DNA of 64,000 bases from Basidiobolus meristosporus CBS 931.73 (lineage: Eukaryota; Fungi; Basidiobolomycota): the NCBI GenBank assembly GCA_002104905.1, contig MCFE01000211.1, positions 63,748-127,747 on the forward strand. Reading direction: 5' to 3'. The position numbers and the translations under genes are program-made. This document shows, one piece after another, positions 36,559-50,700 of the stretch. Under the pieces are notes generated by a model that worked only from the letters and a program-made list of their open reading frames with translations, was not told where the DNA came from and did no database searches. Within the stretch, counting starts at the first letter, position 1. Each line of letters begins with the position of its first letter.

Positions 36559-39500
36559 TTTTGAAATATTGGATTATTTGGTATCTTCCTATAGCAAAAA
36601 ATTTACTTAACAATTTTGGACTAGTCTTGGTCACTGTGGGGCTTATTTACAGCTCAGACTTTGCCACTTTCTTCAGATCTATGATCTTATGACTAATCCC
36701 TTACAGCCAGGATAAAATTAGCACCATTACTAAACATTATGTACTTACCATGAAACTGTTACAGTATGCTCCTGAATATTGAGAAACTCTCCTTACTTAG
36801 TGTTACAGCTGTAATGCTCCTACAAAGGTATAAATACTGAGCTTCTTTATTGATAAACAACAGTTAGCTATTATCACTATTTCTTTGTAAGTTCCTTATA
36901 TCCAAATCACTTCTTAAATTGCAACAGGTTATGAGCCCTGATTGCCTTAATCTATTCTAAAGATGACTTCTACCAGCAAACAGAACAACACAAACATCTG
37001 CCCTGTGCGGGAGAGGTTTGATGGGAAGAACTACAGACTGGAGAATCAAGATGCAAATCCACCTTGAGGAAAGGAAGCTTTGGAATATAGTAGCAGGAAA
37101 AGAAGTTGAGCCCATAGGACCGGCAGAAGAAATGGAAAAGTTTCAAAAGAAGGAGAGGAAGGCCTTTAATGCCACATGCATCAATGTGCAAGATTCCTTC
37201 ATTGGACACAGCCATGCCTCAAACACTGCCAAAGCAGCAGGGGAATCCTTAGAGAAGATCTTTAGAGCAAAGTCAGTATCAAACAAGCTTTATTTGAACA
37301 AAAGTTCTTCAACATATGGAAGAGGCCAGATGATGATATGCTACAACTCATCACTATAATGGGGACACTTGCAGAAGAACTTTAGAGTATTAATGCTGGT
37401 GCAGATGATGAAGAAAAGATACTCTGTCTATTTTGCAGCCTACCAGACAAGTATGAGCCACTTGTACTTTCTTTTGAAAGCAGAGAACACAATATGACTT
37501 TAAATTCTGTCAAAGAAAGACTTCTTGATGAAGAACTCCGATATCATGATCAAGCAGAGAGAATTAAAGATAATGCTTTATTCAGCTCAGAAAGGCACTC
37601 AGAAATGAAGGGAAAGCCATAAAACCAAAGAAAACCTGGTTGCTGTTACTACTGTAAAAAGCCAGGACACTGGGCAAGAGAATGCAAGAAGAAACAAGCA
37701 GACAAAAAACAGAAACTAGAGCAGGCAAGCCACATAATTACTGATGAACAGTTATTTGTAACCATACAAGCAAGTGCAAGTAACCAATGTAACAAATGAT
37801 ATATTGACTCTGGAGCATCACACCATGTATATGGTATAAAGGAGTGGTTCATCAACTTAAAGACTACCACTGTAAGAAAGGTTTATCTGGGAGATAACTC
37901 TGCTCTGGAAGCTACCAACAGTGGGTCTATACCACTAAATATGAGCTATAGCTAAGGGGAACATCAGCAAGACTGACTGAAGTACTCAATGTACCTGGAA
38001 TAGCTGAGAACCTATACTTAGTCGGTAAAGCAACTGCTCCGGGACTGATACTTGTTTTAACTAAGAAGAGCTGCTCAATATTGAGTGAAAATGGACAAAT
38101 AATAGCTTTGGAAATCAGAGATCACAATAAATACAAGTTACAATGCAAGATCATTGTACCTGAGTATGTCAACTATGCTGCAACTGATGAAACCAACTGG
38201 CAGACATGGCATAGGAGGCTAGAACACATAGGGGAGCAGAAAATAAGCCAATTGCTGAAACATCAGCTTGTTTTGGGCCTAAAATACTCAATTCCAATCA
38301 AATTGAATGTTTGTAAGGGATGTTAATATGGGAAACAAGCTAGGCAACATTCCAAGAGCTCAGAAGACATCAATACCACCAAAATATTGGCTATTGTACA
38401 CTCAGACATATGTGGCCCCATGAGAACACTGTCCTTTGGAGCCAAGAGTTACTTTACAACATTTATTGATGACAAAACAAGATGTGCATTGGTGTACTTC
38501 CTCAGAACAAAGGATGAAGCTTTGGAGATGCTTTGGTACCTCAAGAACATGGCAGAAACACAAACTGAGAGTAAATTGAAGGTACTACACAGTGACAATG
38601 GAAGAGAAAATTGTTCTAAGGAGTTTGCAAAATACTGCTCATCTACTAACATACTACAGCAGACCACAGTTCCTCATGCTCCACAGCCAAATGGAGCAGC
38701 AGAACATGCAAATAGAGCAATAATAGAGATGGGAAGATCTATGCTACATCATAAGGGAATGGACTACAAGTTTTGGGCTGAGTCTGCTGCTACCACAGTT
38801 TACATCATCAACAGCTGCCTAATAACAGTACAACACAATTCCACACCCTTTGAAGCATGTACAGACAATAAACCACATCTCCAGCACCTCAAGAACTTTG
38901 GCATCATGTTTTTTATAACATTCCTGATAAAAAAAGCTCAAAGTTGGAACCAGAGAGTAGCAAAGGGATCTTTCTTTGGTATTGTGAGTACACCAAAGGG
39001 TATAGAGTGTATGATGGCAAAATTCAGAAGCTGATCAAGAGCAGGGATGGTGTATTTGAGGAGTATTCAGATCCTAAAGCCATTGAAATCATTGGCCAGC
39101 TACCTAATGACGTAATCAACACTGATGAAGAAGATATATGCCTAATGCAGCCAGATACAGATGATAATTCTACCAGTTCCAGATCAGAGCAGATTATTCC
39201 AGTTGGGTGATCTACCAGAATAAGAAATGCCCCTGGATCCTGGTGGCAGACATCCAATGATTGTACTATGTGGCAGCAAGCCATGCAAGAGTACCAATCA
39301 CTGATCAGGGCAAAAATGTGGGAACTTGTAGTTTTACCAAATGGTAGAAAGCCAATAGGATGTAGCTGGGTCTACAAGATCAAGATAGCCGCAAATGGTG
39401 CTGTTGATAAGTACAAGGCTAGATTGGTGGCTAAAGGCTATTCCCAGATCCAAGGACTGAATTTAAGGAAGCATTTGCTCCAGTTGCCAAGTTTAACTCC

Positions 39501-41158
39501 ATTAGAACAGTTCTAACCCTGGCAGCTGTACACAGTCTAGATCTACTCAAATGGATGTCAAAACAGCCTTTCTCAATGGGGATTTGCAAGAACCTATATA
39601 TATGGACCAACCAGAAGGTTTCACTGATCCAAAAGACCCTTGTAAGGTGTGCAAACTTCAAAAATTGTTGTATGGGCTTAAGCAGGCACCAAAAGCGTGG
39701 TATAACAAGATTAACACATATCCAGAGGAAATTGGGTTCTCTTGTAGCACTGCAGATCACAGTATTGATGTAAAGCAGCTCAAAAAGGGTGTGATCATCC
39801 TAGTTCTTCATGTGGACAACCTAATTATAGCTACAAGTGACCAAGAGGCACTCAAACAGAAAAAATCAGATCCCTTCAGCAAGTTGGAGATGAAAGATCT
39901 TGAAAATTGAGGTATTTTCTAGGAATTGAAGTCAAATTTGTCAAACCTACGCAGAAAACGGTGCTGAATCAGTCCAAGTACATCAGGGATGCTCTTAGAT
40001 ACTTCATAATGGGAAATTGCAAACCTGCAGCTACATCTGTGGACAACAACCTGAATTCAAGCAAACCTCGGCCAGTTATAGATGAAAATGGCTCAAAAAA
40101 GGACCAAAACTTTCCCTAACAATCAATGGTTGGTAGCCTAATGTACTTGATGATGTCTACATGCCCAGATATTGCAGTGGCAGTTGGAATAGTCAGTCAA
40201 TTCATGCAGCATTATGGATCAGATCAAATTGCAGCAGTTAAGCGGATTTTCAGATATCTACAAGGTACTATAAATATGGTACTGGAATACTCTGGAGTAG
40301 CTAATAGGCAAAAATTTGATGATTACAGTGATTCAGATTAGGGTAGGCATCTGATTGACAGATGCACTACCACAGGCTATATATTTTTTTATGCTGGTGC
40401 AGCTATTACTTGGAGTTGCAAGAAACAACCAACTGTGGCCCTATCTACAACTGAAGCAGAAAATATGGCTGCATGTCAAGCAAATACGGAGGCTATACAG
40501 CTACAAAAATTATTCAAAGACTTGGGTTTTAATTCAGATGAACCAACATGTATTTACCAGGATAATCAAATTTTATCTCATTAGCTAGAAATCCTTCTAA
40601 TCATGCCAGAACTAAGCACATTGATAAAAGCATAACTTTGTGAGGGAAGCTGTTGAAAATAACTTAGTAGAGTTAGTGTACTGCCCAACTAACAAAATGG
40701 AGGCAGATATATTGACAAAACCACTAGATAGGTCACTATTTGAGAATCTCATGGAGGAATTAGGATTAAAAAATTACTTAGTTGAGGGGGAGTGCTGAAT
40801 ATTGGACTATTTTGTATCTCTCTGCAGCTAAAAATTTACTTAACAATTCAGGACTAGTCTTGTTCACTGTGGGACTAATTACAGCTCTTACTTTGCCACT
40901 TTCTTCAGATCTACAATCTTTTGATTTTTCCCTTACAGCCAGGATAAAATTCGCACCATTACTAAACATTATGTGCTAACCCTGAACTGTTACAGAATGC
41001 TCCTGAATATTGAAAAACCCTCCTTACTTAGTGTTACTGCTGTATTACTCCTACAAAGGTATAAATTCTGAGCTTCTTTATTGAAAAACAACAGTTCAGC
41101 TATTATCACTATTTCTAGATAAGTACCTTATATCTAGATTACTTCTTAAATTGCAACA
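36559..41158 (+). mobile_element. Ty1/copia LTR retrotransposon, family 2, two LTRs, degenerate gag-pol
   Basis: LTRs 36559-36926 and 40793-41158; TSD GTCAC at 36554-36558 and 41159-41163. PBS GGTTATGAGCCC at 36927-36938; PPT GAGGGGGAG. Gag (ATG 36963, CCHC), integrase (HSDICG, FIDDKTR), RT (KARLVAKGY), RNase H. Confidence 0.93.
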
Positions 41159-42237
41159 GTCACAAAGAATGGTGCTTCAGTGACATGCAGGCACTCCAAG
41201 AACATGGCAAAATCACAAACTTGGTGTAAGTTGAAGATCACTGTTCCACATACTCCACAATAAAATGGTGTAGCAGAATATGAAAATATGACAATAGTAG
41301 ATATGGTAAGATCTGTGTCACAGGAAAAGGGAACAAACTACAAGCTTTGAGCTAAATCTGTAGCTACCATAGTACATCAAGAATAGATGCCCAACAACAG
41401 CACTATGTGATCTACACTCTATGAAGCAGATATAGGCAAGAACCAGACCTCCAGCACCTTGAGATTTTTGGCAGCAATGTTTTTTATCACATTCCTGGCA
41501 CAAAATGCCCAAAGTAGGAACAAAAGTGTAGAATAGGTATCTATCTTGGGTATTGTGAAGATACAAAAGGGTACAGAGTATATTATGGTGAAATTCTGAA
41601 GCTGATCAAGTGCTGGTATACTGTATTTGAGGAAAGTTTTTGATCAGTAAGCCACTGAAATCATTTGTAAGCTGCCTAATAATGCAATCAACACTAGTGA
41701 GGATGATATGTATCTAGTTTAGCCAGATGCCAAAGAAAATTCCACCTTTTCCAGATCAGAGCAGATCATCCCAGTTAGGAGATCCACCCAAATAAGAAAT
41801 GCCCTGAGATCCAGGTGGCAGACATCCAATGATCATAAAGAAGCCTATCTTGCCTTAAGTATCAAAGCTTAGAATCTGGAACAGGCAATGCAAACTCCAG
41901 ATGCTACTATGTGGCAGCAAGCCATGCAAGAGTACCAATCACTGATCAGGGCAAAAATGTGGGAACTGGTAGATATACCAAATGGAAGAAAGCTAATAGG
42001 CTGTAGATAGGTCTACCAGATCAAGATAACCTTAAATGGTACAGTTGATAAGAACAAGGCTAGATTGGTAGCTAAAGGCTATTCCCATATCCAGAGACTG
42101 GACTTGAAAGAAACATTGCTCTGGTTGCCAAGTTTAACTCCATTAGGACAGTTCTAGCCCTTGCTGCTGTACACAGTCTAGACCTACACCAAACAGATGC
42201 CAAAATAGACTCTGTAGATGGGGATCTTTAAGAAACT

Positions 42238-42445
42238 ATGGACCTGGATAGTGCAATGTATTTTTGTGACATGTTACAAGCCACAGGATCTAGATTCAGA
42301 GTGTCCATGGGTATTGAGTATCTGATGCATGCCTTTAGCTCTTCTGTGCTCTTACACATTCTTCATAACATTGATCCTCAGAAAAACATCAAAAAAAGGA
42401 CTTTTCTCCTGCATCATACATGAAGCACAGGGGCTGCTTGGCATG
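42238..42445 (+). mobile_element. Internal fragment of the PHIS-family foldback MITE
   Basis: Collinear with the MITE right arm (gatagtgc...tttttgtgacat...ccatgggtattgagta). No TIR. Confidence 0.7.
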
Positions 42446-43726
42446 AAGATGCATGGTTCCCAACAGATCAAACAACAGTTGGATATATCTCCAACCTACT
42501 CACTGGAACTGCACAGAAATGTTCTCCCATCTGGTGGAAACCAACTCCCCTCTACTCAGTGACTACCATGCCTTCCTCACAGAAATGGAGCCAACATTTG
42601 ACAATATTGACCAAGCCAGAACTGCTGCCAGCAAGATCAAGAACTTGAAGCAAGGAAATAGACCTGCATCTGCCTATGCTTCTGAATTCTACCTACTAGC
42701 CAGTGACTTGAGCCTTTGGGGTGATGCTGTCCTAAATAGTCAGTTTCAGGATGGACTCAATGATGAAGTCAGTGACCTACTACTCACACCCCCTGACCCA
42801 ACTACATGTGGGTGAAGCTACACATCAAGCAATCCAATGTGACAACTGCCTTTTCCAGAAGAAACAAAAGTTCTGATATACTTATCAGCCAGCCTCCTTC
42901 CTAGTAATCCAGTCACCCAGTACTAAGCTTGATGATCCTATGCAAATTGAGAGTGCCAAATACAAGAAACTTACAAACAAAGAAAGATCCAGATGTCAAC
43001 AGGCAAGCCTCTGCCTTTACTGTGGCCAACCAGGCCATTTTGCCAAGTCTTGTCCCAACAAGAAGTCCAGCTTCAATCTCCTGCAATTGTTAAGTGAAGC
43101 AGCCTTCTCCTACAATTGCTGGGAAACACCAGTGTCCAGTTACAATGACAGGCTTGCAACTGAACCCTTCAGTGCAAATCCAACACATTGAAGAAGCATC
43201 CTATGCTACCAAGTCCATCCAGTCCTTAAGAATGCACATTAGCATCCATATCCCTGAATCCAGTCCTGTCCATGCTGTTGCCCTCATAGATTATGGTGCT
43301 TCCTCCAGGTTCATTGACCAGTCCTTTGTCCAGAAGCACAAATCCCCACTATCCTGAAATCCTGTCCTGTCCAAGTAGAAGTTATTGATGGAAGGTCCCT
43401 CTTCTCTGGTGCTGTTACCCATGAGACATGTCTACTCCAGCTGTCCTAGTACTGGTCACCACAAGACACTAGCCTTTAGCATCTTCAACTCTCTCCACTA
43501 CTCCATAGTCCTTGGAAAGCTCATGGATTAGTCACCATAACCCAGCTATCAACTGGAAGACAAAACCCTGACATTTCCCAGAGTCCATCACATCAACTCC
43601 ATGAAAGCACCTGACTCTCAAGTGAAGAAGTATCTTTCCTTAAGCTACCCCAGACACCAGGTACCCAGCCTCACTGAAGGAACCCCCTCCAATGGAATAC
43701 CCACCAAGTACCAAGAATTTGCCCAT

Positions 43727-46461
43727 GAAGGTATCCAAAACACTCCTTATATGGAACCTGTTGCTGAACACTCTTGGGATATGGAAGTCTATTTGAGCTT
43801 CTAAACCTAGTACTCCATGCTTGATCTAAGTCATACATACCCTCTGTAAGGTGGTTCCTAATTGCTGTCAGCTGAGAATAAAAGCTTTTAGGACTTTTGT
43901 TGCCATGGATGGTGGGATGAAACCTTGTAGGGCAATAGTTCTTGTAATAGCAGAGAAGCTTAACAAGGTATCTCCTCAAGTAGATTGGGGTAGATGGACC
44001 ACAGTGCTTGGTATAGATCTCCTCTAGTGTGTCAAAAGGAAACCCAGTTGTAGTGATAGGATTGATGAGAAAAGACCATTTCAGATGAGTAAGTCATATT
44101 AAAATTGGAAAGGATTGTGCTGAAATGATTTGATTTGATTTGGCACAATTCAGCTTTACTTTTTCTGATTTTCCATGCATTATGATTAAATCTCCATCAA
44201 TTGCCATGTATCCCATCATTATGTTGCAAAAATCATCCTCAAACAACAACTAGGGTAATTTTTATTGAAGTTTTACTCACAAGTCTATAATCAAATAGGA
44301 AATCTGCAAATTGATGTGATCTGATCTGTGTCAATGCAATCCAAGATGCATCATGCATAATATATGGAAAATTCAACAATCACATTAGTTTTCATATATA
44401 TTTCATACAAGATCAGGTTGATACCAATACACCACTGTATAAGTATCTAAATCCATCACTATGGTCCCTATACCAAGTCTCAACTCATCTTTAGTTCAAC
44501 CCAGACAAAACCCATCCCCCAGCTCACAAGCACAGTCTGGACCAGAAAAGGCAATGTTGGATCCGTTCAAGTTCTAGCTAAATGATTTCAGTATAGGCCC
44601 AAGTGTCTATGATGAGCCTTCATACAGATATTTGGGCACTACTCATTAATCTAGCGGAACTAGATACCTTGGAGAGTCAACAGAGATGGAAGAACCTGAG
44701 TAGAAAGCTGTGGCATGAGTTCTACATCTAAGATGCCAGCAGATGTATGTAAGAAGATATATAACAAGACAAGTATTGAGATCAAGAATCAGCTGAGAGC
44801 AAGGAGATTTGATGAGGAAGCCATGTGGGAACAATTTTGCATGCAATTTGCAGAATACAGGCCGTATGTATCTGTTTGTGCCTCAACTTTGGGAATCAAG
44901 GAGATTTTGAATGAGTTTTTGCCTCAAATGACTAATGTATTACGTGATATATTAGTTGAGCTAAGTGGCTTCCAAGAGTAATATACACAGGACTCATCCA
45001 GGCAACAGTTGCAAAGTATTAGACAGAGGGCAAGTGAATACCTTGAGGAATCAGAAGGTGAGCTTCAAGAGGAGGAATACAGACTGCAAGCAACATTGTC
45101 TAGATTGCGCCAGCATGCCTTGCTGGATTCTGTTACCATCCCTTGCAACTTCAGCACACCAGCGACACATCATTCCAAACTACATCGACACTCTTCACAA
45201 GAGCGCCCCGCATTGTCTCAATCTCATATTGGGTCAACTGTGCATGCTTTAGAGGAAAACCACCAGAACCTGCCAAACTGCTCAAAAAGACACAAGTCCA
45301 TTGGAGCGGGCCAAGTCACGTCAACAAGCGGCATCACATTGAACTCAGCTAAGGGCCATGCCAGCCCATCAAGTCACGTCTGTGCGTGTCATTTACACCT
45401 GACAATCAGCAAGTCTCTTCTGGAGAACTGATGGATGATGACCCGCATGAAGCACCTCCACCACCAGAGCCTTTGGCAAGTAAAAGAACATGCCAGCATG
45501 TAGCACTGCTGGCCAGCTCAGTTGCATCATCTGGAGCAATTCAGCACTGGCCAAGCTGCAGCATTGCACTCATCAACTAGGAGGCAAAATACTGACTACA
45601 AATACACAAGTAGCCAAGAGGATAGTCAACAAGAAAGTAGTTTAGGTGTGCAAAGTGGAATCACTACAAAATACTTCAGTAGTAATCCCTGTTAGAAAAA
45701 AGCCTTGGAGAAGATGACATGATTGCATTGAATTGCTATTATTTGTAATGATCCAAACAACGCATCTTTTTTTTGCAATCCGCACTGAGCCATTGCAAAT
45801 CAGTGATCACTAAATTTTTGATATAACCAATATTAAGGCTGTCTGGCATTTGAGACAGGGCCCCTATAAATAAACACCCTGCATATGCATACATCATTTG
45901 TGGCGCCAGTGCAGCCATTTGATCTGATTTACACCCATACAATTAGTTGTGTGCTAGCTATGACACCTTGTCCAATCACTAGGATCAAGGATTTACATGC
46001 TTGATGGGCAAAATGAGATATTTGATGGCAAATCAGTTAGCTTGTGTATTGATCAAAGAGCCAATTGGGGGCTGGAAGCTTCTGGATACTTTTGGACCAA
46101 TTAACCACTGAGATACCATCCAATTGGAGTGATGGTAACCAAAATGGTAAGTATTAGTGTAGTTTATAGTGTGATATGGATTTACTTCCGTTTACACTAA
46201 AGAAACAAATCCAAATACCGTATTTTACCTACCATAATAGCGGTATCCAATTGCACCGGTGATGCAAACATTATGAGTGGGTACAATCATTTGTGCCAAC
46301 CTCATTGTGTCAGATTGTGCCATAGTGTGCAAGATTGTCCCACATGGTGCTAAATTGTCCAAGAGCAATCCTGCCTACTGGTAGCTATAATATTGTACCC
46401 AATATTCCTAAAGACCGCAGATTGTGCTATATATCCTGGCACGGTACCATGGAACAAGTCT
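43727..46461 (+). mobile_element. Left-truncated PHIS-family copy (5' part of transposase on -, decayed ORF2, intact right TIR)
   Basis: Collinear with ~16383-19116. Right TIR GGAACAAGTCT ends at 46461 and is followed by AAT. Confidence 0.9.
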
Positions 46462-47400
46462 AATGTGATGGGGAATAAAGCCACAAGCTTGTCAAGGGAA
46501 AACTATTGAGCTACAATCCCCAACTTAGTTGGTGTCTTAACAAAAGTATGTGCTGAGTTCAGCGTCCTTGTAGATGACAATGTACTAAAGCTTCTAAAGT
46601 CATAACAACTGTAAACTCCACCAGCAGGGACTTGATACAAATGCAGCTGTGGTCAATAGTTACAAAGACAGAAATGTATCTTTGCCTGTGCAAGAACAAA
46701 CTTGGGAAAGAATCAAATATAATAAAAGATATCTACTCTGAGTATTCCTCACAAGTAGTGCCTCCAAGGTCCGTTAGCTGTCAGCATGGTTTCCTGGGAG
46801 TGTCCTCTGGTCTGGGGCTTGAAGTTTGGGTAGCAGCAGGTAGCAGTGATCACACTAATCAACAAGTTGGTATATTGATAAAAGGGATGATGATTTATTG
46901 TTGAGGGATTGCCTCCCTTATATACTTTTCTCATTGACTAAGTGATTGCTAATCATGGTGTTCCAGAAGGTTCTGGAGATCAATAGAAATCTTGACAACA
47001 TCAGAACAAGCTGAGAGTATTCTAAGTAGGTGCCAGAAGGTTCTACAAGGCACAGCACATCCTACCAGTCAGGAATCAGTCCTCTGAAACCTGTGTAATG
47101 TAGGGATACCATATATGGTATGAAAGTGGTAGGGATAGTGACATAGGTTGATCATGTGTCACAAGTACTGGTGTGAGTATTTGCCTAATATAGAAGCACT
47201 TATAGCTAGTCATTGTACATAAAGTAAGGGATAACTTATGCAATAAGGTATGCAGGTGTGATAGTCAACTGGCTTGTGGAATAGTACTGATCAGGTAAGA
47301 CAAATGGGATAAAACTAAATAAGTGTTGTAGAGAAATAAGGAAGTAAAAAGTATGGGTATGACCACATATGTCAGTGGGTGTCACTGTGACCCCACTACA

Positions 47401-47740
47401 ATGCACCTATATGGGGGACTAGAATCCAGCAGGGAGAAGAAAATATATTGGCTATATACCAAGAAGCTCTTTGCAGATATTCAAGAGGTATTCATGGCAG
47501 AAGTGGCAACAACCAAGCATATGATTACTAGATGTATATGTTACCAGCAGTACAGGGTGTAGAGCAACTTTGCAAGTATCACACTAAAAAGCTGTAAAGT
47601 TGAGGTGATAGAAGTATTTCAATTGTGGCAGGTGTGCATGTTTGTAGAGGTTTGAAAGCAGGAGCCATAGTTTTTTTGATTCAAACAATATGTGGAATAC
47701 CAAGGTATTAGTGGGTAAGCAAATAAAGAGCGGCTAAATA
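47401..47740 (+). pseudogene. CACTA transposase fragment
   Basis: Homolog of ~35030-35350 (IYWLYTKKLFADIQEVFMAEVATTKHM). Confidence 0.7.
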
Positions 47741-50700
47741 GGGAAGTTGAAAATATGGAAATGAGCACATCTGTCAGTTGGTGTCACTGTGACCCCACTA
47801 CACAAGTACCCTTTACCCCTGATCAACATCCTGTTGGATCAACTCTCTGCTGCCAAAGTACTTACTAAGATTGACCTCAGAGGAGCTTATAATCTTATCA
47901 GGATCAAACCTGGCAATGAATGGAAAACTGCCTTCAGAGCAAGATATGGTCACTATGAATATAAGTAATGCCATTTGGCCTCACCAATGCCCCAGCTGTC
48001 TTTCAATACCTGATAAATGATATCTTCCAGGAGTACCTTGACCAATTTGTGGTTATCTCCCTTGATGATATCCTGATCTACTCCAAGACCCATGAAGGAC
48101 ATAATTCCTATGAGAAGAAAGTCTTGACCAAGCTTGGCACTGCTGGCTTCTATGCCAAACTGGAAAAGTGTGAGTTTGACCAGAAAGAAGTTGAGTTCCA
48201 GATAATCTTGTAAGCTCAAATGTAACAAGAATGGACTCCAAGATAGTCACTCCCTTGACAAAGCTCACCCACAAAAATCTGCTCTTTGCGTGGAATAAGG
48301 AACATTCTGAGTTTTTTGATTCTATCAAGTAATCCTTCCTGTGTGCCCCACTGCTTGCCCACCCTGACCTTGAGAGGCCTTTCATCATAGAAACTGAAGC
48401 CTCTGACTTTGCCCTTGGTGTCATCTTCTCCCAGTATGATGACAAGAATGTGCTACACCCTATTGCATTCTACTTGGAAAAGTTTACCCCAGCTGAAGTA
48501 AACTGTGATATCTATGACAAGGAATCACTTGCAATCATTGTTGCCTTTCAACATTGGGGACACTACCTTGATTGTGCAGCTCAAAAGATAAAGATCTTCT
48601 GTGACCACAAGAACCTTGAGTACTTTACCACATCAAGAGTACTGAACCAGAGACAAGCAGATGGTCTTTCTTCCTGTCCAGCTTTGACTTTATCATCACC
48701 TATAGACCTGGTGTGAAACAAGAAAAACCTGATGCCCTCTCTAGAAAGATGGAGTATTCCCTTAAAGAAGGGGATGAGGCCTGTAGGCAAATGAAAACCC
48801 TGCACTCAACAAAAAAGATTTTGAGCTCCTTGCAACCCAGTCCTCCAGTATTATGGCTCCTCTACTCCTTAAAAGAGTAAAGACTAGCCAAGCCACCAAC
48901 TTCACAGTGGCCACAATCAAGAAGTACCTCAAGTCTCCCACTGACCCACCACCCAAGCTCCCAAACCTCCAGCACCTACATCTAGTCAATAACTTCATCT
49001 ATCACTGGCACCAACTGTTTGTCCAAGTCCTTGATACCAGGTTAGATATCATCCACTCTTGCCATGATGCAATTGCCATGACACATTTTGGTACCGCCAT
49101 AACTATGAATGCAATCAAGAGAGACTTCTGGTGGCCCAAGATGATATCCCTTGTCAAGGAGTACCTCCAAACCTGTGACACATGTAAATGTGCAAAATCT
49201 ACCAGACACCAGCCATATGGACTTCTTCAACCCTTGCCAATTTCTGACCAGCAATGGAAGTCAAATTCAATGGACTTCATAACCAACCTCCCACAGTCCA
49301 ACCAATTTAATTGAGTCCTGGTATTGGCAGATAGACTCACAAAGATGGCTCACTTCATTCACTGCTCCAAGCACATAGATGCCAAGGAGACTGCCCACCT
49401 AGTAATAAGGAACATTTTCTGGCTGCATGGTATCCCAAGTGACATTGTATCTGATAGAGGACCCCAGTTTGTATCAAGATTGTGGAAAAACTTCATGCAA
49501 TATCTGGGTGTGCAAGTCAAGCTCTCACCTGCTTTTCATCCTCAGTCTGATAGTCAGACAGGCAGAATTAACCAGATTCTTAAGCAATACCTCTGGTGCT
49601 ATATCAACTATTAGCAAGACAACTGGACCCAGCTGCTACCACTTGCAGAATTTGGCTACAACAACTCCTGCCAGAGTGCGACTGGTCTCACACCATTCTA
49701 TGCAAATTATGCTTTTCATCTCCATTTTGATATTCAAGTACCAACAAACCCTATGAGCCCCCCAGCAGCTAAACATACATCAACAATTCTAGAAATCCAA
49801 GAAACACTCAGGAAAGAACTATCATTAGCCCGTGAGGGGTACTAGAAGTTTGCAGACAACAAACAGCAGCCTAACCCCAAGCTTAATGAGGGAGATTTGG
49901 TATGGCTCTTGAGAAGAAACATTGTTACCAGCCGCCCATGTGACAAACTAGACTACAAGAAACTAGAGCCATTCAAAATCAAGAAGAGACTTAGTCCAAT
50001 TGAATACCAACTACAGTTGCCACCAAGTATGATAATCCATGACACATTCCATGTATCCCTACTATAAACATTCCATGAAAGTACTCTACCCTACCAGCAC
50101 CCAGCAAATCCCCCAGCCATTCAAGTAGACAAACACCAAGAGTTTGAAGCTCAGCAAGTGTTGGATTCAAATTACATCAGATCCCAACTTTACTCTCTGG
50201 TAGACTGGGTGGGTTACAGCCCAAATGATCAAATGTGAGAACCAGCAGCTAACTTAGCAAATTGCCAAGATCTAGTTGCGCTATTTGACCAGATATACCC
50301 CTGCAAGCCAAAGCTAAAAGCTTGAGGAGAGCCCCTCAAAAGAGGAGAATAGTGTCATGATCACATGTCATCCCTGGCCTCCTATTATCAAGCCAAATCA
50401 AGTCAGCAAATAAATCCAAGTTCCTTCTAGAAAGTTCTACTACATTCTAGCAACTTCTTGAAAGCTTAAAGTCAACATTTCAAAATGTGACATTCTATGG
50501 AAGCTTCCAATTGGAAATTTTGTAGTCCCATACCCTATATGGTAGCTGCATGTCATATGACCTGGTCACATGATTAGCCAACTCCAGACATCTCTCCAAA
50601 AGGTATTCTAGTTTGTTCTTTGGTATATTTCTATCTTGACATACTTACTGTGCCTCACCCAAGAACCCCATCAGTATTAGCCAATATCTCTTGGCATCCA

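Noticed and set aside
47394-47400. CACTACA directly before a CACTA transposase fragment, resembling a CACTA terminus
   Set aside because: The following sequence is internal transposase coding DNA, and the same heptamer recurs in the 47773-47802 repeat, so it is not a terminus.
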